From the NCBI GenBank assembly GCA_048938895.1, contig JBHLLU010000021.1:1-62312 (forward strand): a stretch of DNA of 62,312 bases. The letters are read 5' to 3'. The notes beneath the pieces were generated by a model. The model was not told where the DNA came from and ran no database searches. It saw only the letters and a program-made list of their open reading frames with translations. Shown here one piece after another: positions 10,528-20,109 of this stretch. A program made the position numbers and the translations under genes. Position 1 is the stretch's first letter; each line of letters starts with the position of its first letter. Origin of the DNA: Promethearchaeota archaeon (GTDB taxonomy: Archaea > Asgardarchaeota > Lokiarchaeia > Sigyniarchaeales > SOKP01).

Positions 10528-10718
10528 TGAAATACAATTTAAGTTATAGAATTAATTTGTTTATTTTGTGATTAAAAATAAACAGACCTAATTAAAATTT
10601 TTCTTTTAAATTATAATTTTTAGCGTTTTAAACAGTAAAACTCATTTTTTTTGTTCTAAACCAAATACGCTGATACTAAATTACTGTTAAATATTTCATT
10701 TTTCAAATGTCAGCTGAC

Positions 10719-11489
10719 TTATATATAGGTTCTATTATCAATATAGTATTTTTCAGGATTTCGACAGAATTCCACAACCTTTCGAGCTTTTAATACTACA
10801 TTCAAGTAGGATGGATCTCTTAAATATTGTACCAATCCTCTATCAATTTTTCTACCATTTAGTTTATATTGACCTGATGAACCTTTAATACCGAGAATTA
10901 TTTCTTTCAATTTTCTTTGGTTTTCTAATCCTTTGATTTCTCCAAATTCATTAAGAGATAGATTAAGTATTTCAATATTTTTCAGATTTTCAAGACCTTT
11001 TATTTCATCAATTTGATTTTCAGCAAGAAATAATTCTTTCAATTTCTTTAGGTTATTTAGTCCTTTTATTTCACGAATTTTATTACCACTTAAGTACAAT
11101 ACTTCGAGGTTTGTAAGATTTTCAAGGCCTTTGATTTCTTCTATTTCATTATCTATTAAGTTTAATTCTCTTAAATTTGTAAGTGTTTCCAAACCTTTAA
11201 TTTCTGAAATTTTATTTCTTTTTAAATCTAGAACTTCTAAATTTGTAAGACTCTTCACGTTATTTATCTCTGAAATTTGGTTTCTTGATAACTCTAGTTT
11301 TCTTAGGTTTTTAAGCTTGTCAAGTTTTTCAATTTTATGAATATTATTTTTCCGCAGATTTAATTCTAATAAATATGTTAGAGAATCTAATCCTAAAATC
11401 TCCCCGATCTCATTAATGTCTTTTTTTTCTAATATTAGGTTATATTTCTTTATGGTATATTCTTTGTCCTTAAGAATAATTGAGTCCAT
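10719..11489 (-). CDS. Leucine-rich repeat protein (SDS22-like)
   Basis: About 7-8 tandem 22-aa repeats of the form LxxLxLxxNxIxEIKGLExLxx. Confidence 0.92.
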   Translation of the reverse strand: MDSIILKDKEYTIKKYNLILEKKDINEIGEILGLDSLTYLLELNLRKNNIHKIEKLDKLKNLRKLELSRNQISEINNVKSLTNLEVLDLKRNKISEIKGLETLTNLRELNLIDNEIEEIKGLENLTNLEVLYLSGNKIREIKGLNNLKKLKELFLAENQIDEIKGLENLKNIEILNLSLNEFGEIKGLENQRKLKEIILGIKGSSGQYKLNGRKIDRGLVQYLRDPSYLNVVLKARKVVEFCRNPEKYYIDNRTYI

Positions 11490-11690
11490 ACCAGATATTC
11501 ACCAATTTATTAATTATATATATTATTATAAATGTGTTTCTTTAACGACAAATATCAATTTATTTTTAGCTTTCAAATATGAGATTATAGTCCCAACCTT
11601 TTAAGATTTTATTTTTCATATTTCAAATAATTATATGATCTCTAGATTACAACTAATTTTTACTTCTCAATTGATTTATGATATAAAGTT

Positions 11691-12060
11691 TATGATCATT
11701 CAATTCATGATATGACATTAACTAGGGGTGTTTGCAATTAATTAAAAATTTTTTAATTCTCCTCTAAACCATAATATAAGAGATATTAGATAATAATTTC
11801 TCACTTTTACCAATTGTATTATTGTGTGTACAAAAAATCTAGTTCAAATTTTTTGAATGATTAAAGGGAATATGATCAGTCACTTAACAATATCCCACTC
11901 AATTGGGATTACTAAGTTCACCTAAAAATTTTTTAATTCCCCATTAAATGATAATAGAACCAAATTTAATGACCAATTAATCAATATTGGAATTCGAACC
12001 ATTGTGATTCTAAAAAAATTACTTCATATTTTTTCAATGATCAACCATTGCATGATCATG
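11691..12060. repeat. Degenerate non-coding tandem repeat, 180-bp period
   Basis: 11701-11880 and 11881-12060 align ungapped at 112/180 identities by manual count. ATGATCA recurs at 11692, 11872 and 12052. Confidence 0.75.
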
Positions 12061-12140
12061 GGTGATGACCCTTTAATTAAAACCCCAATTTTTTGTCGTG
12101 ATTTTTTTTGCATTTAATTGTTCATATTCCGCTGATTTAG

Positions 12141-12156
12141 TCAAAACATTTAAATA
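12141..12156 (+). promoter_or_regulatory. Putative BRE/TATA promoter of the histone gene
   Basis: CAAAACA followed by TTTAAATA (12149-12156), about 100 bp upstream of the ATG; SD GGAGG at 12243-12247. Confidence 0.4.
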
Positions 12157-12255
12157 ACTCTTCAGACATTATATTATCTAAGACACTTTACTAATAACCA
12201 AAAAAAAAGTTAAAAACTTAAATTTTAAAATTTTAAAATTTTGGAGGAATAAAAA

Positions 12256-12474
12256 ATGGCTAAAAAGAAACATTCCTTTGCATGGAGCCCAATTCGTCGT
12301 CTGATGAAACAACAGGGAGCCAGCATTGTAGCTCGAAATGCAGTTGACTTATTAATTGATCATTTAGAAAAAACCGCAACTGCTCTAACTGAACAAGCAA
12401 GAACCTTTACAATGCATGCAAATAGGAAGAAGATAACGAAGAACGACCTTCTTCTATCCATTAAATATAAGTAA
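12256..12474 (+). CDS. Archaeal histone (HMf/HTk type)
   Basis: 72 aa histone fold (SPIRRLMK..GA..VA..AV..L...HANRKKITKNDL) with a strong SD. Confidence 0.95.
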   Translation: MAKKKHSFAWSPIRRLMKQQGASIVARNAVDLLIDHLEKTATALTEQARTFTMHANRKKITKNDLLLSIKYK

Positions 12475-12565
12475 GTAAGAATTTGTGGATAGGAAAAAAT
12501 TTTTAATTTTTTTTTATTTTTTTTATATCTATATCTTTAACATATTAAATATAGTTCTATTTTTT

Positions 12566-12820
12566 ATGAGAATAAAACGCATTAAAGAATATCAAGACAG
12601 AAATCATTTGATGACATGTACAGATGGTCTTAAAGATTGTCGCTGTAGAGAACTTTATTTGGATTTTCCATTATGTCACTTCCCAAATATCTATGCTGAT
12701 TTCTTAATCCATGAGAAATATGATGCAATAGAAAAACTGTTAGAAGATATTTGCGAGCTAAGAAGGAAAGATGTTTCAGATTGGTATCCTTTTGAAAAAG
12801 TCAATAAAAATAAAAAATAG
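12566..12820 (+). CDS. Small Cys-containing hypothetical protein
   Basis: ATG 12566 (MRIKRIKE...CTDGLKDCRC...LCHF). The track's upstream extension runs through a poly-T terminator. Confidence 0.55.
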   Translation: MRIKRIKEYQDRNHLMTCTDGLKDCRCRELYLDFPLCHFPNIYADFLIHEKYDAIEKLLEDICELRRKDVSDWYPFEKVNKNKK

Positions 12821-12869
12821 GAAGAAAATTACCAAGAATGGCTTACTCTTATCTATCAAATATAAGTAA
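12816..12869 (+). pseudogene. Duplicated 3' fragment of the histone gene
   Basis: Translates NRKKITKNGLLLSIKYK* against the histone's NRKKITKNDLLLSIKYK*, and is followed by a similar 3' UTR and poly-T tract. Confidence 0.85.
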
Positions 12870-13057
12870 AGAATTAACGAATAGGTAGGAGAAAATTTTT
12901 AATTTTTTTCTTTTTTTTTCTTTATTATTTTTTATTTTTAATTTCTAAAAGTCCTATTTCTTTTAGAAACGCCTTAATTCAAAATAGTAATAAATCACAA
13001 AATATTTCAGAAACTAGGGATATTTTTATTTTAGATTTTAAGAATTGGTGAATTGAT

Positions 13058-14542
13058 ATTTCTAAATCTGAAAAAAAAAAAGGATGTTTTCCCTATGATA
13101 GAGAAAATATCCCTTTTGAACGACTATTTAATCCACGTGCTATTACTGTAGTTGGAGTTTCCACAAAGAATATTGGTGGTATTAGTCGATATGTTGGAAA
13201 TTTAAGAATTTGTAAATATCCTAATCCTGTCTACCCCGTGAATCCGAAATATAAAGATCAAGAGCTTGCAGGATATAAGATATACGATTCTATATCTTCA
13301 ATACCAGACGATCCTCCCATAGATCTAGCAATATTAGCGGTACCAGCAAAAAGTACTCCAATGACAATGGAAGAATTAGGAAAAAAAGGAGTTTCGTTTG
13401 TTCATATTTTTTCGAGTGGTTTTTCCGAATTGGACTCAGAAATTGATAATAAAGGGAGAAAACTTGAAGAAAAATTAATAGATATAGGCTCAAAATATGG
13501 GATGCGTATTATAGGGCCTAATTGTATGGGAATTCATAATCCAAAAGGTAAAATGACTTTTTTAATGGCACCTTTAATTACAGAAGGTCCAGTTGGTTTC
13601 ATTTCGCAAAGTGGAGGTATTGCTGTTGGTCATGGAATGCTTTCCCCAACCTTAGGATACTATTTTTCAAAAAATATATCATTAGGCAATCAAATAGATT
13701 TAGACTTGATCGATTTCCTTCGATATTTTAAAGATGATCCAGACACAAAAATAATAGGTCTCTATATAGAAAATCTGAAACGTGATGGAAATACGTTAGT
13801 TCCTTTATTAAGAGAAATTACTGTTAACAAACAAGTTATAATTTGGAAAGGTGGCAAACGTCAAACTGGTCAACAAGCTGTTATGAGTCATACTGGGGGA
13901 TTGGCTGGAGATTACAAACTATGGCAATCAATGGCACGTCAAACAGGGACGATTCTTGTTGATGATCTTCAAGAATTAACAGAAATGGTACAAACTTGCC
14001 TAACATATCCAATCCCAAAAACATTGGGAACTGCTGTATTATCTATGAGTGGAGGTACTGCTGTACAGTCTACAGATAACGTTGAAATGAATGGGTTAAT
14101 TATGCCCCGAATATCGGAGAAAACATATAAAAATATAAATAAATATATTCCTGAAGTTAATAGCAACCTTAAAAATCCATTAGAATTTGGAGGAAATAAT
14201 AGCATGGAGGCTACTGTAAAAACTATAAGACTTTTAGCTGAGGAAAAACAATTTTCTTCTATAATTATAGAAACCTCTCCAGAATTTATTGTTATGCGAG
14301 GAGGAAATAGTCTAGATGATTATATGAAAGAACTTACTAATGCATTACCTACTGATTCAGACAAATTATTAATGTGCGTTGCCCAGAATATGTTTATGTC
14401 TGAAGAAGGGACAAAATTAAATCAAGAATTTCGCTCAAAGGCTTTATCCAATGGCTTTGTGGTATATAGCTCAACTATAGCTGCTGCTAAATCTTGCCAT
14501 CGCCTATGGGAATATGGACAATATTTAAAAAAAAGACACTAG
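13058..14542 (+). CDS. Acyl-CoA synthetase (NDP-forming) alpha subunit / CoA-binding protein
   Basis: The conserved N-terminus LFNPRAITVVGVS...VYPVNP lies upstream of the track start. IIGPNCMG, ISQSGG, SLGNQID and SHTG phospho-His motifs are present. An ATT start is inferred after GGTGA. Confidence 0.88.
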   Translation: MSKSEKKKGCFPYDRENIPFERLFNPRAITVVGVSTKNIGGISRYVGNLRICKYPNPVYPVNPKYKDQELAGYKIYDSISSIPDDPPIDLAILAVPAKSTPMTMEELGKKGVSFVHIFSSGFSELDSEIDNKGRKLEEKLIDIGSKYGMRIIGPNCMGIHNPKGKMTFLMAPLITEGPVGFISQSGGIAVGHGMLSPTLGYYFSKNISLGNQIDLDLIDFLRYFKDDPDTKIIGLYIENLKRDGNTLVPLLREITVNKQVIIWKGGKRQTGQQAVMSHTGGLAGDYKLWQSMARQTGTILVDDLQELTEMVQTCLTYPIPKTLGTAVLSMSGGTAVQSTDNVEMNGLIMPRISEKTYKNINKYIPEVNSNLKNPLEFGGNNSMEATVKTIRLLAEEKQFSSIIIETSPEFIVMRGGNSLDDYMKELTNALPTDSDKLLMCVAQNMFMSEEGTKLNQEFRSKALSNGFVVYSSTIAAAKSCHRLWEYGQYLKKRH

Positions 14543-14581
14543 ATCAGATAAAAGAATTAATGAAAAGGAAATAATTAGAAA

Positions 14582-15085
14582 TTACTTAACGTTCCATATC
14601 ATTGCACATACACCGACGGCCCCCTTTTGAACCCCTTCATAACTTAAATTTCTAAAACCGAACTTATTTTTTACTTTTGACAGAACTCCCATAACAACTT
14701 GAGGAAACATACAGGAGGGACTTCCATTGTCATGAAATTTGTAATATGTGTTAGCAAAACACATTTTACAACTATCTTGCTTAGCGATTAGTTTAGTAAT
14801 TTCACCATTTTCATCCCTTATTACTTCTACTTTTGCATTATCTGTTATCGCCCAATCTTCTTCTAAAAATTGTTGAAGACGAGACATGAAGTCATCTATG
14901 GTCTCAATTCCAGCTTCATCAAATTCTTTTCCAATAGTTCTTCCAATTTTAGTAAGGATTTCTCCCTTCTTATCTGGGGGAAGTGCTTTTTGTAAAGCAT
15001 ACCAGAGTTTGAAAAATGTACTGAATGGTACTGTATCAAAACGAGTACTTAATTCTTTTATTTGATTCTCATTTAAACTTGCCAT
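14582..15085 (-). CDS. V4R-like small ligand-binding protein
   Basis: IGRTIG..F, CKMC...C.F....GVL...C pattern typical of the V4R/HNOB-like fold. Confidence 0.55.
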   Translation of the reverse strand: MASLNENQIKELSTRFDTVPFSTFFKLWYALQKALPPDKKGEILTKIGRTIGKEFDEAGIETIDDFMSRLQQFLEEDWAITDNAKVEVIRDENGEITKLIAKQDSCKMCFANTYYKFHDNGSPSCMFPQVVMGVLSKVKNKFGFRNLSYEGVQKGAVGVCAMIWNVK

Positions 15086-15346
15086 ATTATTATATCACAT
15101 CTTTTATAACTTTAAAATTGTTTAGATTAGAAAATACTAGTGATCATATTCTATAAGAAAATCTCCTGTATCACTCATAGAATAATCGTATTGGAATCAG
15201 GATTTTTATGAGTTATAAGAGGCTCGAGTATTATCATAATAATGGTGTTTTAAAATATTACTAAAGAATTAATAATAAACCGTAATGTATTTTTTATTTC
15301 TATCATTATATAAACTATATCCTAACGATTTGAAAAAATATTTAAA

Positions 15347-15976
15347 ATGACTAAAACTAATGAAATAACAGTAAATGGTGAAGCAAAGAGAGTCCTTTTT
15401 CAATCAATGGAATTAATTATGAATAACATTAAAGCTAACATTGACCACCTCGATAAAAATTTTAAATATACCCAAAAATTTATTGATTTAGTTCATGATG
15501 GTTTAGTTAGTAATCGTAGATTTTTCTTACTAGCCTCAGGTAGAAGTGCTTTTATATTACAATGTTTTGCCACCAGACTAGTACATTTAGGTGCTGAAGT
15601 TCATATAGTAACTAACCTTGCAAGCATGCCAGCCCTTCGGAAGAAAGATATCTTAATAGTACTTTCTGGTTCAGGAACAACCAGTATAGTTGTAAGTTTG
15701 CTTAATAATTATGTGAATACAGTTAAACCATATGGAATTGTGACTATTACATCACATCCAGAGACTGTAATTGGCAGACTTGGTGATATTACTATTAAGT
15801 TGAAAGGCAGAACAAAACGAGATACAGAGATAGGAGATACAGCCCTACTTACACCTGAGGGAACTCAGTTTGAAATTGCAGCGTTTGTGTATCTGGATGC
15901 CATAATAGCAGAACTAGCGATTAAAATGGGGATGACAGATAAAGATTTATTAAAACGTCATTCACAAGGCACTTAA
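15347..15976 (+). CDS. hxlB: 6-phospho-3-hexuloisomerase (SIS domain)
   Basis: SGRS, FATRLVHLG, SGSGTT, PEGTQFE and C-terminal RH motifs. Confidence 0.85.
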   Translation: MTKTNEITVNGEAKRVLFQSMELIMNNIKANIDHLDKNFKYTQKFIDLVHDGLVSNRRFFLLASGRSAFILQCFATRLVHLGAEVHIVTNLASMPALRKKDILIVLSGSGTTSIVVSLLNNYVNTVKPYGIVTITSHPETVIGRLGDITIKLKGRTKRDTEIGDTALLTPEGTQFEIAAFVYLDAIIAELAIKMGMTDKDLLKRHSQGT

Positions 15977-16047
15977 ATAAAACTTCTCAGTTTTTTTTTA
16001 TCAGTGTAATATAAAAAATTTAAATAAAATTTAACCTAATATTCACA

Positions 16048-16114
16048 TGCGCCGATTTATAGTGTTTTTACGAGAATTTTCGCTTCGATGAGTAATAATC
16101 TCCAAATCGGCGCA
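16048..16114. repeat. GC-rich inverted repeat (11-bp arms) between convergent genes
   Basis: TGCGCCGATTT (16048-16058) and AAATCGGCGCA (16104-16114), with a 45-nt interior containing two small hairpins. Confidence 0.7.
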
Positions 16115-16118
16115 CATT

Positions 16119-17000
16119 TTATAAAAATAAAGCTCCAATTGCAGCAGAATACTCTGAATTCTTAAGAAAAACTGCTTTTTTTCTATTTACACCACATAAA
16201 AGTGATAAAATACTTTTTACTATCTTATTTTCTTTTAAAAACCCTCCACAAAACACAATATTAGATATTTTGTTAGCGTCAGCCATCAAATTTGCTATTG
16301 TACCAATATTCTCCCCAATCATACAAATTAATGAGGTAATGAAGGATTCTTTTTTTAAATTATTAATGTTATAATTAAGATCAATTTTTCCTAGTGATGC
16401 TGCGGTGAACTCCCTAAATATCATGTTGACTCTATTATCTTGAGGATCATAAATATCAGAAACTTTTAAATCCACATCGTATCTATTTCCTCTTTTAGCT
16501 AGGTTAATAGCTTCTTTAAAATCGTAGACATTAAACAAAACTTTAATCATTCCCATAAAAAATCCGCCACCAAGAGCAGTTCCTCCTAAATGTTCAATTT
16601 TTTCATTCGTGGAAACCATAGAAGTCCCTGTTCCAATGGTTACAATCAATGAAGGGGGAAACTCATTTTTTTTCTCTAACAGATAAAGAATTTCAACTCC
16701 TTTAACATTAGCTTCAAATTCATTTAATAATTGCGACTTTAATTTTGTTTTGTATGTTTGAAACAATTTAAAACTTTTACCACCTGTGAAATTCACTTTT
16801 TTATGAGCAGCTGTTTTAGATTCTAAAAATTCTTCTATTAAACTTAATTCCTCATGAGTAGAATAATTGGTAAAGACCATTTCACTACCCCTGAAGAACA
16901 CTATTTTTGAAAGACTGTGCCCCATGTCTACCCCAATAGTATCTGAGGGAATTGCTATTTTTAAATCATCAGTATTGATGTTAACCATCTTTTTCATCAC
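16119..17000 (-). CDS. Type II pantothenate kinase (CoaW/Fumble family)
   Basis: GVDMGHSLSK, FTGGKS, NEFEA, IGTGTS, GGTALGGG, DLKVSDIY, AASLGK and AAIGA motifs. Confidence 0.88.
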   Translation of the reverse strand: MMKKMVNINTDDLKIAIPSDTIGVDMGHSLSKIVFFRGSEMVFTNYSTHEELSLIEEFLESKTAAHKKVNFTGGKSFKLFQTYKTKLKSQLLNEFEANVKGVEILYLLEKKNEFPPSLIVTIGTGTSMVSTNEKIEHLGGTALGGGFFMGMIKVLFNVYDFKEAINLAKRGNRYDVDLKVSDIYDPQDNRVNMIFREFTAASLGKIDLNYNINNLKKESFITSLICMIGENIGTIANLMADANKISNIVFCGGFLKENKIVKSILSLLCGVNRKKAVFLKNSEYSAAIGALFL

Positions 17001-17070
17001 TTAACTTAAAATTCAATTCATGCATTATTTAATAATATTAACTTAATTAATGACTTAATAAAATATTTGC

Positions 17071-18519
17071 ATGAATGAAGATTCGGACTTCAAAGCAACT
17101 GAAGTAGCAGTTATTAAAGGAGAAGCACCAAAAAGTACAGTTATAAATGGAATAGAGACGCTTGGGGGTATTTCTAAATTCATTAATGAAGGAGATCAAG
17201 TTTTCATTAAATTTAATTTATGTATACCTACTGGTTTTCCTGCAATTTCTAATTTTGATGTACTTGAAACACTTATCACAATTTGTAAAAAAGCAGGGGC
17301 AACTAAAATACGGTTAGGTAGTTATCCTTCTAAATCAATTTCATGTTCCACTATTTCGGATATATTGAATTTAGATGAATATTTCAGAGTTCTTGGGGCT
17401 GAATTTGTATATTTAGATAATAGCAATTTCTTTACAGATAAAAAAATTAAGAGGGAGCAGCTTTATAAGGTAAAAGAGGAATCCTTTTCAAAAGTAATGG
17501 TAAACGAGAAGGAATTTTTGTTCCCACAAATTATTTTAAATTCAGATAAATTAATTATTCTTAATCAAGTCAATGTCAATCCCATTTTCAAATTAAATCT
17601 CTCACTTTTGAATTCTTATTCTATGGTATCTCCCCGTTATCAAGAAATTAAAAATAATGGGGATATAGATACAACTTATCTTTTAGGTGATCAATATAAA
17701 CAAGATTTGATCTCAAATATACTTGATGTATTCACGATAAAACAGCCAACTCTAGTGATAAACGATTTATTTTACCTACTTGAAAGTGCTGGTCCCTTTA
17801 TTTACAGAGATTCTAATCTTAGAAACCCAAGTATCATGGTATTAGGTACCAATGCGGTTTCAGTTGATTTTATTACTCTTAAATTATTAAACATCGATAT
17901 TCAGAGTAGTAAATTACTTCTAGAAGCATATCAAAAAGGTCTAGGGCCAATAGAACCTAAGAAAATAATCCTTTCTGGTGAAGAAATTGAAGATGTTGGA
18001 GTTTTTATTGAATTATGCTCTTCGAAACTTGAAGAGATCCATTTAAATAATGTTGAGATAAATTCAGGGCAGTTATGTTCTGGGTGTTTTAATCAGGCTT
18101 ATCATCTCTTAAATATAATGAAAACACATTTAGTGAAAGATCTGAAATACAATCCTCGCAACTCATTTCTTGTTGGCCTTAATCCAAGTGAACCTCAACG
18201 ATTCGATAATGTTTTTTTATTTGGAGATTGTGCTATAAAAAGTACTCAAAATAGCAATTTTAGAGAAATAAAAATAGATTTGAAAAAAGCATCTCAGAAT
18301 AAGAAAAAATCGAAGAAGAAAGAAAAGATTAAGCTAAAAACAAATAAAAAAATATTGGAGTTCCCTGGGTGTCCCCCAGAGATTAATAATTGTTTAGAGT
18401 TGATACATAAATATTACGGGATGGCTAACTTACCCAATTTAACCTTCTTAAATGATTTGTTAAAAATTATGATGGATTCAAAAGATAAAGAAGCACTTAA
18501 GTTGATGGGGGTAATATAG
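17071..18519 (+). CDS. DUF362-domain Fe-S protein
   Basis: LGGISKFI..GD.V.IK.N, GTNAVSVD, CSGC, GDCA and PGCPP motifs. Confidence 0.75.
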   Translation: MNEDSDFKATEVAVIKGEAPKSTVINGIETLGGISKFINEGDQVFIKFNLCIPTGFPAISNFDVLETLITICKKAGATKIRLGSYPSKSISCSTISDILNLDEYFRVLGAEFVYLDNSNFFTDKKIKREQLYKVKEESFSKVMVNEKEFLFPQIILNSDKLIILNQVNVNPIFKLNLSLLNSYSMVSPRYQEIKNNGDIDTTYLLGDQYKQDLISNILDVFTIKQPTLVINDLFYLLESAGPFIYRDSNLRNPSIMVLGTNAVSVDFITLKLLNIDIQSSKLLLEAYQKGLGPIEPKKIILSGEEIEDVGVFIELCSSKLEEIHLNNVEINSGQLCSGCFNQAYHLLNIMKTHLVKDLKYNPRNSFLVGLNPSEPQRFDNVFLFGDCAIKSTQNSNFREIKIDLKKASQNKKKSKKKEKIKLKTNKKILEFPGCPPEINNCLELIHKYYGMANLPNLTFLNDLLKIMMDSKDKEALKLMGVI

Positions 18520-18522
18520 GAA

Positions 18523-20103
18523 ATGATTAATAAGAAGTTCCGAGATAACTGGGTGAAAATGCTGGATTATAATGCAAATGTTGATCTTGGAGATAAATTC
18601 AAATTAACAGAAGAGAAAATAAGAATCCCCCTTACTCCAATAGAGATTAATCCTTATCTGCTTTATTATTTATTTGAGACCTTATATCCAAAATTTATTA
18701 ATTCTCAACAAAATATATTGGACATAGTAATTTCAGATAATGAAAAGACTATTCTAAAACTATATTTTTATAAGACAAAAAAAGCAGGAATTCATGAATC
18801 ACTTAAAAAATTACCTTCAGACACAATAAAGCTCCATAGAAAAGACTTTGAGGAAATGGATAAATTATATAATCGAATTATAGAAAAGTTGAATAAAAAA
18901 AATATTGGAAGAGTACCTTCCATTCGAATATTAAAAGAACAGGCAATCAATGCCATCAATGATTATTGTTTAAATCTAGAAGATATACCTCTCGATACTC
19001 TTTTTATAAGATTTTTGGATTTAGTTCAAAAACTGATTGGACAAGATTTATTCATTATATATCCCGAGCCAAAAATATTTAAATTCTTCAAAGAAATAAT
19101 CAATTTTTTAAATGGACATAAGTTTAGCAATTTCTTTAAAATATTGTTTTCAATTTTACCTGAATTTAATATTTCATTTATAATCAGCTCTACTGAACAA
19201 AAAATTATCTTACATTTACAGAAAATTCTTATTTCAAAATCTGAAAAACCCTATTTAAGATTAAAACTCCTTTTTCTAGAAGATTTAGGTATAAATATTG
19301 AAGGTTTACGAGAAAAAAGAATTATAGAGCTTGTTAATAACCAATTGAAAACTGACCGCTCTTATTTCCTATATCAAAATGATATTCTTTCTCTTTTAAC
19401 AGATATTTCTAATTTACCTATTAATATAAAAAAGGAGAACATGTTGTTATTACTGCAAAAAATCTTATTTGGTTATCGAAGTTATGAAACACATTGGCTT
19501 ACAAAGCCAAAACCAACCATATATAATAATTTTTTACGATTTTTATTACGACTTATTGGCTTTAATGTAAATCTTCGCAAGCTCTCTCATTGGGGTATAT
19601 CCGAGTTTCTTTCTACTTTATTTGATAGCTGGTTTGGATTAAATTTTAAGATTCTATTAATACTCACCGATATTAGAAAATCTAAAAAGCTAAACTTGAA
19701 GAATTTTAAATATTTGGAAGCAGTTACAGATTATATTCTCCTTTTTGAAATTGAAAATAAGGCTTTAACAAACATAATTTCAATAGATAAGGAAAATCTG
19801 TTTAATAAGCAAGAACTAGGGAATCTAGAGTCTATTCGGAATAGAATCTCTCAGGAACATGGCTATTTATCAGGTATAACTATAATCGATAAACAATTAA
19901 TTCAGAATTTAGTCAAAGAATTTATTTTTAACCATTTTAAATATTCTCCCCGTTCAAAGTTAAGAACTCTTAAGAAATTAAGAAAACAAGAATTTTTTTA
20001 CTTATTCCCGGAATTACCAATATATAGAATATTAAGAAAAAAAGGGAGTATTTCTCTTTTAAAGTTAATTCTCCCTATTATGATTGATAAACATGAATTC
20101 TAA
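18523..20103 (+). CDS. Hypothetical protein
   Basis: 526-aa ORF coupled to the upstream gene; no recognised motif. Confidence 0.7.
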   Translation: MINKKFRDNWVKMLDYNANVDLGDKFKLTEEKIRIPLTPIEINPYLLYYLFETLYPKFINSQQNILDIVISDNEKTILKLYFYKTKKAGIHESLKKLPSDTIKLHRKDFEEMDKLYNRIIEKLNKKNIGRVPSIRILKEQAINAINDYCLNLEDIPLDTLFIRFLDLVQKLIGQDLFIIYPEPKIFKFFKEIINFLNGHKFSNFFKILFSILPEFNISFIISSTEQKIILHLQKILISKSEKPYLRLKLLFLEDLGINIEGLREKRIIELVNNQLKTDRSYFLYQNDILSLLTDISNLPINIKKENMLLLLQKILFGYRSYETHWLTKPKPTIYNNFLRFLLRLIGFNVNLRKLSHWGISEFLSTLFDSWFGLNFKILLILTDIRKSKKLNLKNFKYLEAVTDYILLFEIENKALTNIISIDKENLFNKQELGNLESIRNRISQEHGYLSGITIIDKQLIQNLVKEFIFNHFKYSPRSKLRTLKKLRKQEFFYLFPELPIYRILRKKGSISLLKLILPIMIDKHEF

Positions 20104-20109
20104 TCGATT

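Noticed and set aside
11691-12060. CRISPR array or protein-coding repeat as the explanation for the 180-bp periodicity
   Set aside because: There are no identical 24-47 bp repeats with unique spacers, no cas genes, and no ORF of 60 aa or more spans the region.
12485-12565. Track's N-terminal extensions of several ORFs (12485, 21298, 41466, 49338, 55779)
   Set aside because: They run through poly-T terminator or AT-rich promoter sequence; downstream ATGs give more plausible starts.
13049-13051. In-frame TGA upstream of the acyl-CoA synthetase (and of the DsrE-like gene) as a selenocysteine codon
   Set aside because: These TGAs are part of the GGTGA Shine-Dalgarno sequence, are not at Cys-homologous positions, and I saw no SECIS after these genes.
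15173-15223. Imperfect inverted repeat ACTCATAGAA...TTTTATGAGT in the divergent V4R/hxlB spacer
   Set aside because: It is AT-rich and imperfect, and without comparative data it cannot be distinguished from background.
16083-16107. Hammerhead ribozyme-like TCGATGAG...CTC-CAAA within the inverted repeat
   Set aside because: The core deviates from the required CUGAnGA and GAAA. It is kept only as an unexplained structure.
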